A stretch of DNA of 64,000 bases from Chamaesiphon sp. (GTDB lineage Bacteria > Cyanobacteriota > Cyanobacteriia > Cyanobacteriales > Chamaesiphonaceae), in the NCBI GenBank assembly GCA_965246715.1, contig CBDFFH010000052.1, positions 64,001 to 128,000 on the forward strand, given 5' to 3'. Of this stretch, positions 11,125 through 22,193 are shown in pieces (within the stretch, counting starts at the first letter, position 1; each line of letters starts with the position of its first letter). The translations under genes and the position numbers were made by a program. Under the pieces are notes generated by a model. That model worked only from the letters and a program-made list of their open reading frames with translations. It searched no databases and was not told the origin of the DNA.

Positions 11125-11167
11125 AAACAGAGTCGAGTTTTTAATTAAGCTCGACTCTGTTTTTTTA
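11125..11167 (+). terminator. intrinsic terminator after tRNA-Thr
   Basis: AAACAGAGTCGAG...CTCGACTCTGTTT followed by a T run. Confidence 0.75.
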
Positions 11168-11283
11168 GTATGCAGTTGCGTTCGGAATTAGTAGAGACTT
11201 TTTGGCAAAAAAGATCGGTGGTTCGTCTCTACACACGATCGCCTAAACTAAATTTAATAATTTTCCATCGCCACACACTCAGA

Positions 11284-11319
11284 AACAGCCCGATTTCTAT
11301 TAGTAGAAATCGGGCTGTT
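11284..11319 (-). terminator. hairpin downstream of cpcG
   Basis: AACAGCCCGATTTCTA-ttag-TAGAAATCGGGCTGTT. Confidence 0.65.
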
Positions 11320-11348
11320 CGAGATGAATTAGACACCCGCCATCAAAT

Positions 11349-12095
11349 TTAGCGGCGGGGTACTAAGTTTTGATAATCGATGTTGTAGGGTGAAATTGTT
11401 TGAGGTAGATTGCCGATCGCACCCAAACTTTTTGCCATGTTCGCAAACAGCGCGGGATCGCCAGTTTTTGGCTTTTGGTCTTGGGGCTTGTAACCGCGAA
11501 CGGCAGCTTGCCAAGAAGCTTTGGGGAAACCGAGTTTGCGACGATAGTATGCGTCGTAGCGGGGCGATTGAATGTTAAATGGTAGCTCGCTGGCACCGGA
11601 GGGTAGTACCCGCCGACGTTGGTAGGGCACGATGCTATCGCCAAAGTTTTCTAAGTACTCATCGCTATTGAGTAAATCGTTGATGAAGCCAGCGCGACCT
11701 TTAGTTGCAATGACGATCGACCAAGCAATTTTTTCCGCTTCGTTGTAGACATCGCGACCGAGAATCTTTTGGATGCAATGCGTGACAAACCGATAGTTGC
11801 TATTGAGATTGTAGAAACTATTTGTAAAGGTATTGGATAAGCACAAGCCTCGGATAAAGTCGCGCACGGTGATTTGGCCGTTGCGGAGTTGCGATTCCAA
11901 GAATTTTTCTCGATCGGCAGCAAATGCATGGAAGAAAATCTGCCGATACGCTGCTTCGATCAGATTGCCGATCTCACCCGAAGATAGCAGGTTATCAGTC
12001 GAAAAAATTCGCTCTTGCTCGTCGCCAGCTACTTCATAGCCTTTGACGCGCGTGTTTTGCGACGAAGGCTTGTATTCTAATAATGGAAGTGACAT
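11349..12095 (-). CDS. cpcG: phycobilisome rod-core linker
   Basis: [52 protein letters not shown]. Confidence 0.93.
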   Translation of the reverse strand: MSLPLLEYKPSSQNTRVKGYEVAGDEQERIFSTDNLLSSGEIGNLIEAAYRQIFFHAFAADREKFLESQLRNGQITVRDFIRGLCLSNTFTNSFYNLNSNYRFVTHCIQKILGRDVYNEAEKIAWSIVIATKGRAGFINDLLNSDEYLENFGDSIVPYQRRRVLPSGASELPFNIQSPRYDAYYRRKLGFPKASWQAAVRGYKPQDQKPKTGDPALFANMAKSLGAIGNLPQTISPYNIDYQNLVPRR

Positions 12096-12309
12096 ATATT
12101 TAAAGTTCTCTTCTTACGAAACTTTACAAATTTTTCTCATCATAATCCCGATTTGGTGTCCGATCTCGACCCCGAGGCGAAAACATTACATTCCTTAATT
12201 TTCTCTCAACCTTACGGCTATCAACCTTCCTGCTAATTTCGATCGCACCACTTTGGCTCACTAGGGAGAGGAGTGGTAAGTGAGTTATTTATTAGTGAGA
12301 TGCGGAGAT

Positions 12310-12402
12310 CTGACCCACCCCACCGCTACGCGGCACCCCTGTCTTGTTGCGCTTTTCGCGTCGGGAAACCCGACGGGCGTGCACCGCTCCTTGGAGGGGA
12401 AT
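12310..12402. repeat. composite dispersed repeat: CCCACCCC...CACCCCTCCTTGGAGGGG host carrying a 48-nt hairpin insert
   Basis: reverse complement aligns with 47548-47640 inside cobN. Confidence 0.8.
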
Positions 12403-12413
12403 TTACCAGCCAG

Positions 12414-12462
12414 CCACTGTTCACTGTTCACTGTTCACTATTCACTATTCACTATTCACTAT
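12414..12462 (+). repeat. heptameric tandem repeat (CACTGTT/CACTATT)x7
   Basis: read directly. Confidence 0.85.
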
Positions 12463-12767
12463 CCCCAATCATCCACAATCGGCAGATCCGGCAAGCGGAG
12501 TTTGGGAAACCGATAAAAAGTATCACCATCATCATCGACCTCGGGAATGCCATTGAGGAGCCGGACTTGCTCGTCGAGAAAGATTTTGGCATCTTGACTG
12601 CTAACCTGAGAAATTGCAACTAGTTGAATCAACGAAATACAACTATCTTGCTGCCGCAACAACTGGTAAAATGCTGCTTCTAGCCGTTTGCGTCGATTGG
12701 AATTATAGACAAATCCTGCTGTTCCTGCCCCTAAACCCAACAACATCAGTAATTGAATCAAGCCCAT
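12459..12767 (-). CDS. small membrane-anchored hypothetical protein
   Basis: MGLIQLLMLLGLGAG TM, then FYQLL...ISLIQL...EVDDDGDTFYRF; likely start 12767. Confidence 0.65.
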   Translation of the reverse strand: MGLIQLLMLLGLGAGTAGFVYNSNRRKRLEAAFYQLLRQQDSCISLIQLVAISQVSSQDAKIFLDEQVRLLNGIPEVDDDGDTFYRFPKLRLPDLPIVDDWG

Positions 12768-13095
12768 AAGGATGAATACTTGGCGATCGATATATAGTGC
12801 AAGTATAGCGACTTTGGCGCACTCGTCCCCGATCGCAGTGACATCTACCACCAAGACCGTGACAATAGTAATCGAGATCGCCGATAATAGCACTGGAAAG
12901 ATCTCAATCGGGCATTGAGACGATCGATAACTTACCGATCGTCTGTATTTGTACAACCTTTCTTGTTGCGCTTCTCGGTGCGACACCCGCTGCTCGATCT
13001 CTACCTGGTTGCGCCTAGAGTTTACCGCTGCCAGGATCGGGACACCCGACTGAAGCACAGAGCAACGCTATTCCCTATCTTATATCCCCCTATTC

Positions 13096-14709
13096 GTGGA
13101 TGAACATCCTTCTCTAAATATTGCGGTAGCCCGATTGAGTGGCACCGAGCCAGGTAACTATGCCGTATGGGTGCTCAAAGCGCCATATCCTGGCGGCTAT
13201 ACGCTGGAAAACAGCAATTGGAATGTCCGCCTCACTCAAATCTGGCTGGGCTGGCAAGAGCTATTTAGCCCCGGCAGTAAGCCCTATTGTTTGCCCTGTC
13301 ATCAAAATATCGAGATCCCACCATTAGATTTGGAGAGTGTCACTCCAGTAGCTGAAGATATCCCCCAAATCTATAGCAGTAGACTGATGCAAGGGTTGGG
13401 ATTAAATTTGTGGCAGTGGCTATTTAGCAGGCAGGTAGGTAATGCTTTCTCGCAAAGTCGCGGCATGGCGCTCGGCCAGGGCAAATTGCTCCGGCTGCGC
13501 TTGGAAGTCCGCGATCCGGACTTGATCCCCTTGCCGTGGGAAATCATCCAGCCACAGTCCGGGAAACCCGCGATCTCGATCGATCGACAGGTACTCTTTA
13601 GCCGGACAAATAGCGATGTCGATCCGCTACCACCACAACGGCTCGATCGATCGATTAAGATCCTGTTGGTGCTCGGTCAGAATATTCCTGGCGGTCGCCA
13701 TCTCGATCTCCAGCAGGAATCTGCCACGATCGCGCAAGCATTGCGAAATACGATGCCGACGGGCTTCAATCCGCCCAATAAGCTCAATCCCGCAGGTTGC
13801 CAAGTTACGACATTAGTTCGACCGACTCCCGAAGCACTGATTACCGAGTTGGAAAGTCAGCCCTACAATTTATTCTTCTATGCCGGACATGGGATGGCAG
13901 CACCGGATGGCGGGTTGTTGCTGCTCAATGACAATGGCGGCCTCAATGGTACCGAACTCGCCCAAGTGCTCGTCCGGCGTGGGGTCAAATTAGCCGTATT
14001 TAATTCTTGCTGGGGCGCACAACCTTACCAACATCTCCAGCAAGCCGTCCCGCGCAGCAGTCTGGCAGAAGTGTTACTCCATCACGGTGTGCCTGCGGTG
14101 CTAGCGATGCGCGATACGATTGCCGATCGCGAGTCATTGAGCTTTATCCAGACCTTTACCCAGGCTTTAGCTCACCGCCTGAGCATCGACGAAGCAGTCG
14201 CGATCGCCAGACAACAACTGTTGACGGTATTTAAGTATAATCAACCTGCTTGGACGCTGCCGATCCTATACATGCATCCCGAGTTTAATGGGGAATTAAT
14301 CAGACCGCTCACTGAAGCGATTACCGAAATTCCGTCCATTCCCTACGCAATCCCCGCCGCATATATGCGATCGTTGAGTTTTCATACCAATCCGGATTTC
14401 CCGATCGTGGGTGGGTTGATGCGCGTCGGGAGAGCGGAGGATAATGATTTATTCGTCTCCGAACCTTGGGTCTCCCAACGCCATGCCGAAATTATCTACC
14501 GTTCGTCATCAACTAGCGATCCGCTCGGTGGGGTCTATTATCTGCGGGACTCTTCCCGCTTTGGCAGTTATGTCCTCACCGATGAAAATAAGTGGCATAA
14601 AGTCCATGCCCGCGAATTTCCATTGCGATCGGGAATGCAGATCAAATTTGGGAGTGAGGAAGGACAGATTTTAGAATTTAGAATCGAGCTGTCGATGGGG
14701 GATCTCTAG
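13096..14709 (+). CDS. CHAT (caspase-like) domain protein with C-terminal FHA domain
   Basis: LPWEII, FYAGHG, VFNSCWG (His/Cys dyad); GRAEDND...VSQRHAEI...DSSRFGS FHA. Confidence 0.85.
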   Translation: MDEHPSLNIAVARLSGTEPGNYAVWVLKAPYPGGYTLENSNWNVRLTQIWLGWQELFSPGSKPYCLPCHQNIEIPPLDLESVTPVAEDIPQIYSSRLMQGLGLNLWQWLFSRQVGNAFSQSRGMALGQGKLLRLRLEVRDPDLIPLPWEIIQPQSGKPAISIDRQVLFSRTNSDVDPLPPQRLDRSIKILLVLGQNIPGGRHLDLQQESATIAQALRNTMPTGFNPPNKLNPAGCQVTTLVRPTPEALITELESQPYNLFFYAGHGMAAPDGGLLLLNDNGGLNGTELAQVLVRRGVKLAVFNSCWGAQPYQHLQQAVPRSSLAEVLLHHGVPAVLAMRDTIADRESLSFIQTFTQALAHRLSIDEAVAIARQQLLTVFKYNQPAWTLPILYMHPEFNGELIRPLTEAITEIPSIPYAIPAAYMRSLSFHTNPDFPIVGGLMRVGRAEDNDLFVSEPWVSQRHAEIIYRSSSTSDPLGGVYYLRDSSRFGSYVLTDENKWHKVHAREFPLRSGMQIKFGSEEGQILEFRIELSMGDL

Positions 14710-14758
14710 CGATGTGCGATCGATTGGCGATGCTCTGATACAACGGTTACGTCCGCAA

Positions 14759-15400
14759 TTAGAGCCAAGCCGCTAATTCGGCCAAACCCAAACCCTCGCG
14801 AATTACTGCTGGCGGATCGATCGTCATGTCCAGTACCGTCGAGACTTCCATCCCTGGCTCGGAACCATCATCGATAATGATATCCACAAACTTCTCCAGT
14901 TCGTCAAATAATCTCGCTTTTTCCACCCCTAATGTCGGCTGATAACCATCATCATCCTGAGTGTGTGCGGATGCTGAAACGATCGGATTGCCAAGATTTT
15001 CGAGCAAGATTTGGCACAATGTATGTTTCGGCACTCTGATGCCAGTAGTTTTCCGCTTGGGATCTTGGACGAGTTTGGGAACGAGCTTGGTAGCAGGTAA
15101 AATAAATGTATAAGTTCCTGGAATTAGATGTTTCATCAACCGATAAGCCGGATCGGAAACGACGGCATATTCAGAGATATTCGATAACGACTGACACAAA
15201 AAAGTCAATGGTTTATCGTTGGACATCCGTTTGATCTGGCGAACACGATCGACGGCCATCTTGGAGTTGATGTCGCAACCGATCGCATATACGGTATCTG
15301 TGGGATAGAGCATAACCGCACCATTGCGCAATGCGGCAACGATCTCGTCAATCCGTCGTGTCTGAGGTGTTTGAGGATGAATTTCGTATGTAGTTGTCAT
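14759..15400 (-). CDS. Sua5/YciO/YrdC family protein (threonylcarbamoyl-AMP synthase-like)
   Basis: YPTDTVYAIGC, TTGIRVP, PIVSASA, STVLD. Confidence 0.88.
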   Translation of the reverse strand: MTTTYEIHPQTPQTRRIDEIVAALRNGAVMLYPTDTVYAIGCDINSKMAVDRVRQIKRMSNDKPLTFLCQSLSNISEYAVVSDPAYRLMKHLIPGTYTFILPATKLVPKLVQDPKRKTTGIRVPKHTLCQILLENLGNPIVSASAHTQDDDGYQPTLGVEKARLFDELEKFVDIIIDDGSEPGMEVSTVLDMTIDPPAVIREGLGLAELAAWL

Positions 15401-15538
15401 GGTTTAGGGGATAGTAGATAGTGAATGATAAGTGACTCGTTCTAACCTTACTCACCACACCCGATCGGCGGCAGGGAGCAAGAGGAAGTAAGACATGGTA
15501 ATAAGCAATAACTAATAACCAATAAATAATCACAATCC

Positions 15539-17023
15539 ATGAAAATTGCTTATTTAGAATGCCAGACTGGAATTGCTGGGGATATGTGTTTGGGTGCATT
15601 AGTCGATGCAGGCGTACCCTTAGAATATTTAAGAACCCAGCTCGATCGATTGGGAATTAAATCTGAATATCACTTGAGATCGGAAAAAGTCCACCACAAC
15701 GGCCAAATTGCGACTAAGGTACATGTAGATTTGACGGCGAGCCACTCATCTCACGCACATCCCCATCCCCATCATCCCACACCAGCTAGCGGTGTAGCGA
15801 GATTAGACCATCCCCACCATCATCACGACCATTCACATCCTCACGAACACGCTCATCCACATCCTCCAGCACCTGCGAATAGTTTAGCGAGAGAACTCGG
15901 CCATCCACACCATCCCCATCACGCACCGCCTCCAACGAGAGATGCTGCACCTTCACACGATCGCCACGACGATCTGCACCATCATCACTACGATACGCCC
16001 CAGCGCAATCTACCGCAAATCGAAAACCTAATTAATGGGGCAAATCTGCCTACCAGAGCAGCTCAGTGGAGTTTGGACGTATTTCGCAAATTAGCGATCG
16101 CCGAGGGTGCAGTCCACGGTATCGACCCAGCTGAGGTACATTTTCATGAGGTCGGCGCTGTCGATGCGATCGTCGATATCGTCGGTACTTGTTTGGGCTT
16201 AGATTATCTGAAGATCGATCGCATTTACTGTTCGGCGCTCCCAACAGGTGGTGGCACCGTCCGCGCCGCACATGGGATTCTGCCCGTACCAGTGCCTGCG
16301 GTACTCAAGTTATTTGCCGCGCGTCAGGTGCCAATATATAGTAATGGCATCGATCGAGAGTTGGTGACACCTACAGGTGCCGCACTCGCTGTGACTTTAG
16401 CAACTGAATTTGGCGCGGCTCCACCGATGCAATTAGCGCAAATCGGTTTGGGTGCAGGCACGATCGAATTATCGATTCCGAATATTTTACGTCTCTGGTT
16501 GGGCACAGCTAGCGATCCTGTCGCTCAGTCACATGTCCGAGCAGAATGTTTGGAAACGATCGAAGTTCTATCTACCCAAATCGACGATATGAATCCACAA
16601 GCGATTGGGTATATATTCGATCGCTTATTTCAAGCTGGGGCGGTTGATGTCTTTACCCAGCCAGTTGGCATGAAAAAATCTCGTCCCGGAATTTTGTTGA
16701 CAGTTATTTGTCCGTTGGAGCGATCGCTTGACTGCGAACAGATTATCTTTAAACAGACTAGTACGCTCGGCATTCGCCGCGAGCGTCAGACTCGATCGAT
16801 CTTACCTAGAGAAATTGAAATTGTTACAACGATGTATGGGGATGTCCGAGTGAAAATCGCGCGAAATAATTTAGTTGGGACTAATGAAGTTGTCAATGTG
16901 CAACCTGAATACGAAGATTGTATCGAACTTGCCGAGTCCAATCGGGTCTCCTGGAAAGACGTGTATCGATCGGTACTAACAAACTGGCAGCGCCAGCGAT
17001 CGAGTCTAGACTCCAGTAACTAA
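15539..17023 (+). CDS. larC: nickel pincer cofactor biosynthesis protein LarC
   Basis: GIAGDMCLGALVDAG, His-rich linker, VHFHEVGAVDAIVDI, ELVTPTGAA, MKKSRPG, PEYEDC. Confidence 0.9.
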   Translation: MKIAYLECQTGIAGDMCLGALVDAGVPLEYLRTQLDRLGIKSEYHLRSEKVHHNGQIATKVHVDLTASHSSHAHPHPHHPTPASGVARLDHPHHHHDHSHPHEHAHPHPPAPANSLARELGHPHHPHHAPPPTRDAAPSHDRHDDLHHHHYDTPQRNLPQIENLINGANLPTRAAQWSLDVFRKLAIAEGAVHGIDPAEVHFHEVGAVDAIVDIVGTCLGLDYLKIDRIYCSALPTGGGTVRAAHGILPVPVPAVLKLFAARQVPIYSNGIDRELVTPTGAALAVTLATEFGAAPPMQLAQIGLGAGTIELSIPNILRLWLGTASDPVAQSHVRAECLETIEVLSTQIDDMNPQAIGYIFDRLFQAGAVDVFTQPVGMKKSRPGILLTVICPLERSLDCEQIIFKQTSTLGIRRERQTRSILPREIEIVTTMYGDVRVKIARNNLVGTNEVVNVQPEYEDCIELAESNRVSWKDVYRSVLTNWQRQRSSLDSSN

Positions 17024-17103
17024 TCCAAAATGATGGATTTGGAGCAGCAATTCTCATACTGACGTGAATTACTCAAGCACCTTAGTGATGCAACCAATAA
17101 AAT

Positions 17104-17133
17104 ATGCCCGACTTCTACAAGAAGTCGGGCATA
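17104..17133. terminator. palindromic repeat / bidirectional terminator
   Basis: ATGCCCGACTTCT-aca-AGAAGTCGGGCAT between convergent larC and hslO; related copy at 45258-45286. Confidence 0.7.
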
Positions 17134-17150
17134 TTTTATTAGCAAAAAGA

Positions 17151-18047
17151 CTATTCACTAACAACCAATTCACCAACCAATTGAGAAAGCTTCTCCTCAC
17201 TGACGTGATAGACTTCGCCACAAAAATCACAAGTAGCCTCAGCACCCTTGTCTGTAGCGATCATATCCTCTAATTCGTCCGTGCCTAAAAGCTTGAGTGC
17301 GCCCAACATCCGTTGTTCGGAACAAGGACAAGCGAACTTCAACTCTTTTTGCTCGGGGAAAATATTTAGTTCGAGATCGCCAAGTAGTTCTTCTAAAATA
17401 GCTGGCAGATCTTTGCCCGATTGCAATAATGGGGTAAACCCTTGCAACCGAGTGACTCGCTCCTCTAATAGTGCTACCAATGAGTCATCTCGTGCGGCTT
17501 TGGGTAAAACTTGGATTAAGATGCCCCCAGCCGACTGGACGCTGTGACTATTCATCGATACACCTAATACCAGTGCCGAAGGTGTCTGCTCGGAACTATA
17601 GAGATAGTTGGCCACATCATCGCCGACTTCTCCCGAAACTAGCTCGACCGTACTCGAATAAGGCCGACCATAGCCCAGATCGCGATAGATATAAACAAAC
17701 CCTTCATTACCGATCGCGCCACCGACATCTAATTTGCCAGCAGCATTGAGCGGTACTTCAATATGGGGATGATTGACATAGCCCCGGACGGTGCCATCCA
17801 CGCCAGCATCGACCATTAAGCCACCGATCGGCCCATTCCCTTTGATGCGGAGATTGACGCGTGCAAACTTGGTTTTCATGCCGGATGTGAGCAACAAACC
17901 TGCTGTCATCGCCCGGCCTAAGGCATCTGTAGACACTGCGGAAAGGCGATGTCGCACTCTGGCTGTTTCGGTCAGATCGGTAGTAATTGCTGCTACAGCT
18001 TTAATTCCACCACCTGCTGCCGTTGCTCGAATCGATCGATCGGTCAT
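17151..18047 (-). CDS. hslO: Hsp33 chaperone
   Basis: GNGPIGG...VRGYV, SEQTPS, CPCS...CDFC zinc motif. Confidence 0.93.
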   Translation of the reverse strand: MTDRSIRATAAGGGIKAVAAITTDLTETARVRHRLSAVSTDALGRAMTAGLLLTSGMKTKFARVNLRIKGNGPIGGLMVDAGVDGTVRGYVNHPHIEVPLNAAGKLDVGGAIGNEGFVYIYRDLGYGRPYSSTVELVSGEVGDDVANYLYSSEQTPSALVLGVSMNSHSVQSAGGILIQVLPKAARDDSLVALLEERVTRLQGFTPLLQSGKDLPAILEELLGDLELNIFPEQKELKFACPCSEQRMLGALKLLGTDELEDMIATDKGAEATCDFCGEVYHVSEEKLSQLVGELVVSE

Positions 18048-18409
18048 AACTTGTCTTTAAATATTCCTTTAGATATTTTAACGCTCCACCCATAGCCGAG
18101 CGAGTGTGGAAAATCCCGATGGCAAATTCGGTTAGCATCCATCTCTGGTAGACCGGATCGGGTTAAGATGGGTTGGTGTATGGACATCGATGACTCTCGG
18201 AAGTCGATCGGCTTACCGATCCCAGCTAATTGCCGATCGAATCACAGCAGACACAATACTGTAACAGTCGCACAATTTTGAGCGAAGATTATTAGCCCAT
18301 CGGCAACTTTTTTGCTGTAGCTTGTCCCCACGGAACTCTCGTGTGTGAGGGCGGACGATCTGCGCCAAGCTCATCAATAATCATCAACATTACTACTTCC
18401 AGATAACAA

Positions 18410-19756
18410 ATGACCGATCGCAGCTTACAGTTAACCGTTGAAGAATCTTCGGTACCAACCATTGATTGGTCGGCAGGCATGGGCTATCGACAACTGAAAG
18501 CGGCGATCGTCCTCAGTGGTTTATTGGTGGGGGTCATCGCACTACATCTACTGACTTGGGGTTACCTCCTCGCGTGGGGAGCCACAGGGATATTTTGCTT
18601 TCGCGCACTGAGATTGGTCTCGACGAAAGTAGCCCCACCGCCAGTATTTGTGCCACCCCAGACTTATCCCTTTATTTCGCTAGCGATTGCTGCCAAAAAT
18701 GAAGCCGCAGTGATTGCCGATTTAGTCCATAGCTTATGTACGCTCGAATATCCAGCCGATCGCTATGAAGTTTGGGCGATCGACGATAATAGTACCGATC
18801 GGACTGCAGAAATCTTAGACCAACTTGCGACGAGATACCCCCAACTGCAAGTCCTCCACCGCACTGGGATGACGACAGGTGGTAAGTCGGGAGCGCTCAA
18901 TCAAGTGCTGACCCTAATGCAGGGCGATATCATCGGTGTATTCGATGCTGATGCACAGGTCGCACCTGACTTGCTACAACATGTTTTGGCTTACTTCCAA
19001 ACCGAGACCGTTGGCGCGATCCAACTACGTAAGGCGATCGCTAATAGCAGTACCAATTTTCTCACACGCGGTCAGCGGGCAGAGATGGCGCTGGATGCTT
19101 ATCTCCAGCAACAACGGATTGCCAGCGGTGGGATCGGCGAACTCCGTGGTAACGGTCAATTCGTCCGCCGGAAGGCGCTAGATAGTTGCGATGGCTGGAA
19201 TGAAGAAACGATCACTGACGACTTGGATCTGACGATTCGACTACACCTGACTGGCTGGCAAATCGAATTGATGCCCTATCCCCCAGTGCTAGAAGAAGGT
19301 GTCACTACTGTCAAAGCGCTATGGAATCAGCGCAATCGCTGGGCCGAAGGGGGTTTTCAACGCTATATCGATTACTGGAGCGAGATTTCCAGCAATCGGA
19401 TGGGGACAAAAAAAACACTCGACCTGATTTCTTTTCTATTGATTCAATATCTGTTACCGCCAGCAGGTATTCCCGACTTCCTGATGGCTCTGTGGCTCAG
19501 GCATCCCCCCTTGTTACTGCCGATGACCGCTTCCTTGGGTGTCGCGCTGCCATTGTGGGCCACTTGGGTGGGACTACGGCGCAGCTATCACCAAGCCAAC
19601 CAGCCGGCGAATATTGCGACCCTCCTCGCGCAAACGGCGATCGGCTCGCTATTCGTGTTGCACTGGCTGGTAATTATGCCCTTCGCGATCGCGCGGATGG
19701 CAATTTTTCCCAAACGCTTAAAATGGGTTAAAACCCCGAGACAGGCTGACCTGTAA
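18410..19756 (+). CDS. mgdA: GT2 glycosyltransferase, probable monoglucosyldiacylglycerol synthase
   Basis: AKNEAAVI, GGKSGALN, FDAD, GELRGNGQFVRR, EETITDDLDLT, QRNRWAEGG, KRLKWVKT. Confidence 0.75.
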   Translation: MTDRSLQLTVEESSVPTIDWSAGMGYRQLKAAIVLSGLLVGVIALHLLTWGYLLAWGATGIFCFRALRLVSTKVAPPPVFVPPQTYPFISLAIAAKNEAAVIADLVHSLCTLEYPADRYEVWAIDDNSTDRTAEILDQLATRYPQLQVLHRTGMTTGGKSGALNQVLTLMQGDIIGVFDADAQVAPDLLQHVLAYFQTETVGAIQLRKAIANSSTNFLTRGQRAEMALDAYLQQQRIASGGIGELRGNGQFVRRKALDSCDGWNEETITDDLDLTIRLHLTGWQIELMPYPPVLEEGVTTVKALWNQRNRWAEGGFQRYIDYWSEISSNRMGTKKTLDLISFLLIQYLLPPAGIPDFLMALWLRHPPLLLPMTASLGVALPLWATWVGLRRSYHQANQPANIATLLAQTAIGSLFVLHWLVIMPFAIARMAIFPKRLKWVKTPRQADL

Positions 19757-20068
19757 CTGATGAGCGATCCAAGTTTAGTTGGTAGCGATTGCTACATCGA
19801 GTTGAGGGATAAACTCCAGCTCGATTGGAGCAATGCTGGTCGATCGCGATGATTTTCAAACAGAGAGAAGCTGACGGGGACACAATTTCGAGCGATTGCG
19901 GCACTCCTAATCCCTAACTTCTGACGAAACCAAATAATCTCGCAATCGCTGGGCATACTGAGTATATATGGATAGATCGCTACTTAGACCATTATCTGTA
20001 AATCAAACAGTGTGGCACAATAAATGGGTAGGTTTATCTACATCCGCTGCTCATCTGATGGACTACTC

Positions 20069-22069
20069 ATGCAGGATTCCCGCGAAATTGATTATTTCGG
20101 ACAACGCATTCTTCAAATCGTCCAGCCGCTAGCGGCTGGAACGGATCGTCGAGAAGTGCTGACTCTTTTAGCTCGATCGGTAGCTACCAACTTCGCAGCA
20201 GATGGCTGCTGGATATTACAGTACTCATCTCCAGGGATCGTCCGGATCGCGGCGAGTGCTTGCATCAGTCATCGGACTAACTCGATCGGGACGCAATTGA
20301 TAGATTATTTGCCACCAGCGGCACCAACGCCCACGCTCTGGCGGATGCCATTACTGCCAGACTATCAAGTGATGGCGATCGATCTCAATGACGGGCAGAA
20401 AGTAACGGGCTGCTTGCTGCTCGCGACCAAAGGTGTGGAATGGTACGAAGAGGCAAAATTAGTCCTCCAAGTTGTGTCGGACTATATCAGTACCGCCCTA
20501 CTCGAAGAAGATCTCTACATTCAAGCCCAGATTTCAGAAATTTACCCCAAGCTACATTATCGGCTGACTCAAGCAGTCGTTGAGAATCACAGTACCGAGC
20601 GACTATTTGAGATTGCTGTATCCGACATGGTAAATGCCTTGAAATTAAAGCGGGGATTAGTACTCACGCTTAAATCTAGCGATTTATCCAAGCCCAAACC
20701 CAGTCTGGAAACACCCCCGCCACAGAGCGAGCCGCCAGTCGCAGCAGAACCTTCGGACATTTGGGACGATCCCCAACCGAGTCAGCCCGCTGGATCGATC
20801 GTGGCAATCGCCGAAAGTAATCTGGCACCGAGCGCCCCTACCAAAAATTCGACTCAAGTACAGATCGTCACGGCGATCGAGACGCGCAAAGAAAATGCTC
20901 GATTGTTACCACCATTTTTTCTGTTAGAGAACTCTCACTTTTGCCAGGAAGCCTTGGCAAATGCTCCCCAGCCAACGATCTTCGATCGCGATCGCAACGG
21001 AACGGCGATCGATCGGGCGATCTTTCAAGACGATCGCTTGCCGAGTATCGCGATGATTCCGCTGATGGGTGCGAATGCTCCCGCACGGCAAGCCAGCAGC
21101 ATCAGCGATCGGGAGCCGACAGGAGCATTGTGGGGCTGGCTGGTACTGCAACACCATGAAAGTCGTCGCTGGCACCCAGTTGAATTAAACTTACTCCAGT
21201 GTCAGATCTATCAAATCGCGCTCGCGCGAATCCACAAAAAATCGCTCCAACAAGCGCGGACTAACGTTGCCAATCGCACCTCCCAAGTCCAAATTCTGCT
21301 GCAAATTCAGACGAAATTGCTAGCAGATGCCCGCAATCAAATGGAACGATTGAAACAGGCAAACGAACTCAAAGATGAGTTCATCAATACGATCGGTCAC
21401 GAACTCCGCACACCACTGACGAGTATGTCCTTGGCGATCAAAATGTTGCGTCAGCCCGAAATCGAACCCGATCGTCACAACCAATACCTCAATATCCTCG
21501 AAGAGCAGTGTCAGCGCGAAATCAAGCTGGTCAATGACCTGCTCAAGATGCAACAATTAGAATCAAAACAACTCGATTTTCGGCCTCAACCAGTCTCGAT
21601 CGATCGCTTTATCACCGAGCAAGCTACTTTTGTGGCCGATCGGTGGAACCAAAGTAAATCACTAGAATTAGCACTCCATCTGCCACCAGATTCTCCCAAA
21701 ATCGAAACTGATGCCGATAGTTTGAAGCATATTATCGAGGAGTTGCTGGTTAATGCTGGAAAATTTGCGCTGCCACAGACGATGGTTGAACTGTGGTTAT
21801 CGGTGAATTCCAGCTCGGCGATCGTTCGAGTTACCAATTTAAGCAAACCGATTGCTAGTGCTGATTTACCGCACTTATTCGACAAATTCCGGCGCGGAGC
21901 GGGCACAACGCAGCAAGCGATCGCGGGGACTGGTTTGGGGTTATCCTTGGTTAAAGCATTAGTCGAACATATCAAGGGAGAAATAGCGGTTACTAGCACA
22001 CCCGTTGCAGAGGCGATCTCCAAAACCTGTTTCACCCTGACAATTCCGTTAGTCCTCGAACGTCACTAG
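20069..22069 (+). CDS. GAF-domain sensor histidine kinase
   Basis: HELRTPLTSM H-box, NAGKF N-box, FDKFRRG...GTGLGL; start at MQDSR or 20024. Confidence 0.88.
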   Translation: MQDSREIDYFGQRILQIVQPLAAGTDRREVLTLLARSVATNFAADGCWILQYSSPGIVRIAASACISHRTNSIGTQLIDYLPPAAPTPTLWRMPLLPDYQVMAIDLNDGQKVTGCLLLATKGVEWYEEAKLVLQVVSDYISTALLEEDLYIQAQISEIYPKLHYRLTQAVVENHSTERLFEIAVSDMVNALKLKRGLVLTLKSSDLSKPKPSLETPPPQSEPPVAAEPSDIWDDPQPSQPAGSIVAIAESNLAPSAPTKNSTQVQIVTAIETRKENARLLPPFFLLENSHFCQEALANAPQPTIFDRDRNGTAIDRAIFQDDRLPSIAMIPLMGANAPARQASSISDREPTGALWGWLVLQHHESRRWHPVELNLLQCQIYQIALARIHKKSLQQARTNVANRTSQVQILLQIQTKLLADARNQMERLKQANELKDEFINTIGHELRTPLTSMSLAIKMLRQPEIEPDRHNQYLNILEEQCQREIKLVNDLLKMQQLESKQLDFRPQPVSIDRFITEQATFVADRWNQSKSLELALHLPPDSPKIETDADSLKHIIEELLVNAGKFALPQTMVELWLSVNSSSAIVRVTNLSKPIASADLPHLFDKFRRGAGTTQQAIAGTGLGLSLVKALVEHIKGEIAVTSTPVAEAISKTCFTLTIPLVLERH

Positions 22070-22193
22070 CTTGAGAAAGTCATCTACCATCTGGAGATTT
22101 GGAGCGCGACCGCCAGTAACCGCAGTTGTACCGTCGCCAGAAGTTGCCACAACCGCTCGAGAGCGCCAGCTTCATGTTGACACCAACGATCTG

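Noticed and set aside
12273..12623. ORFs 12273-12623, 12280-12516 and 12344-12556
   Set aside because: They are translations of a dispersed repeat and a heptamer tract (HCSLFTIHYSL) and overlap a better ORF on the minus strand
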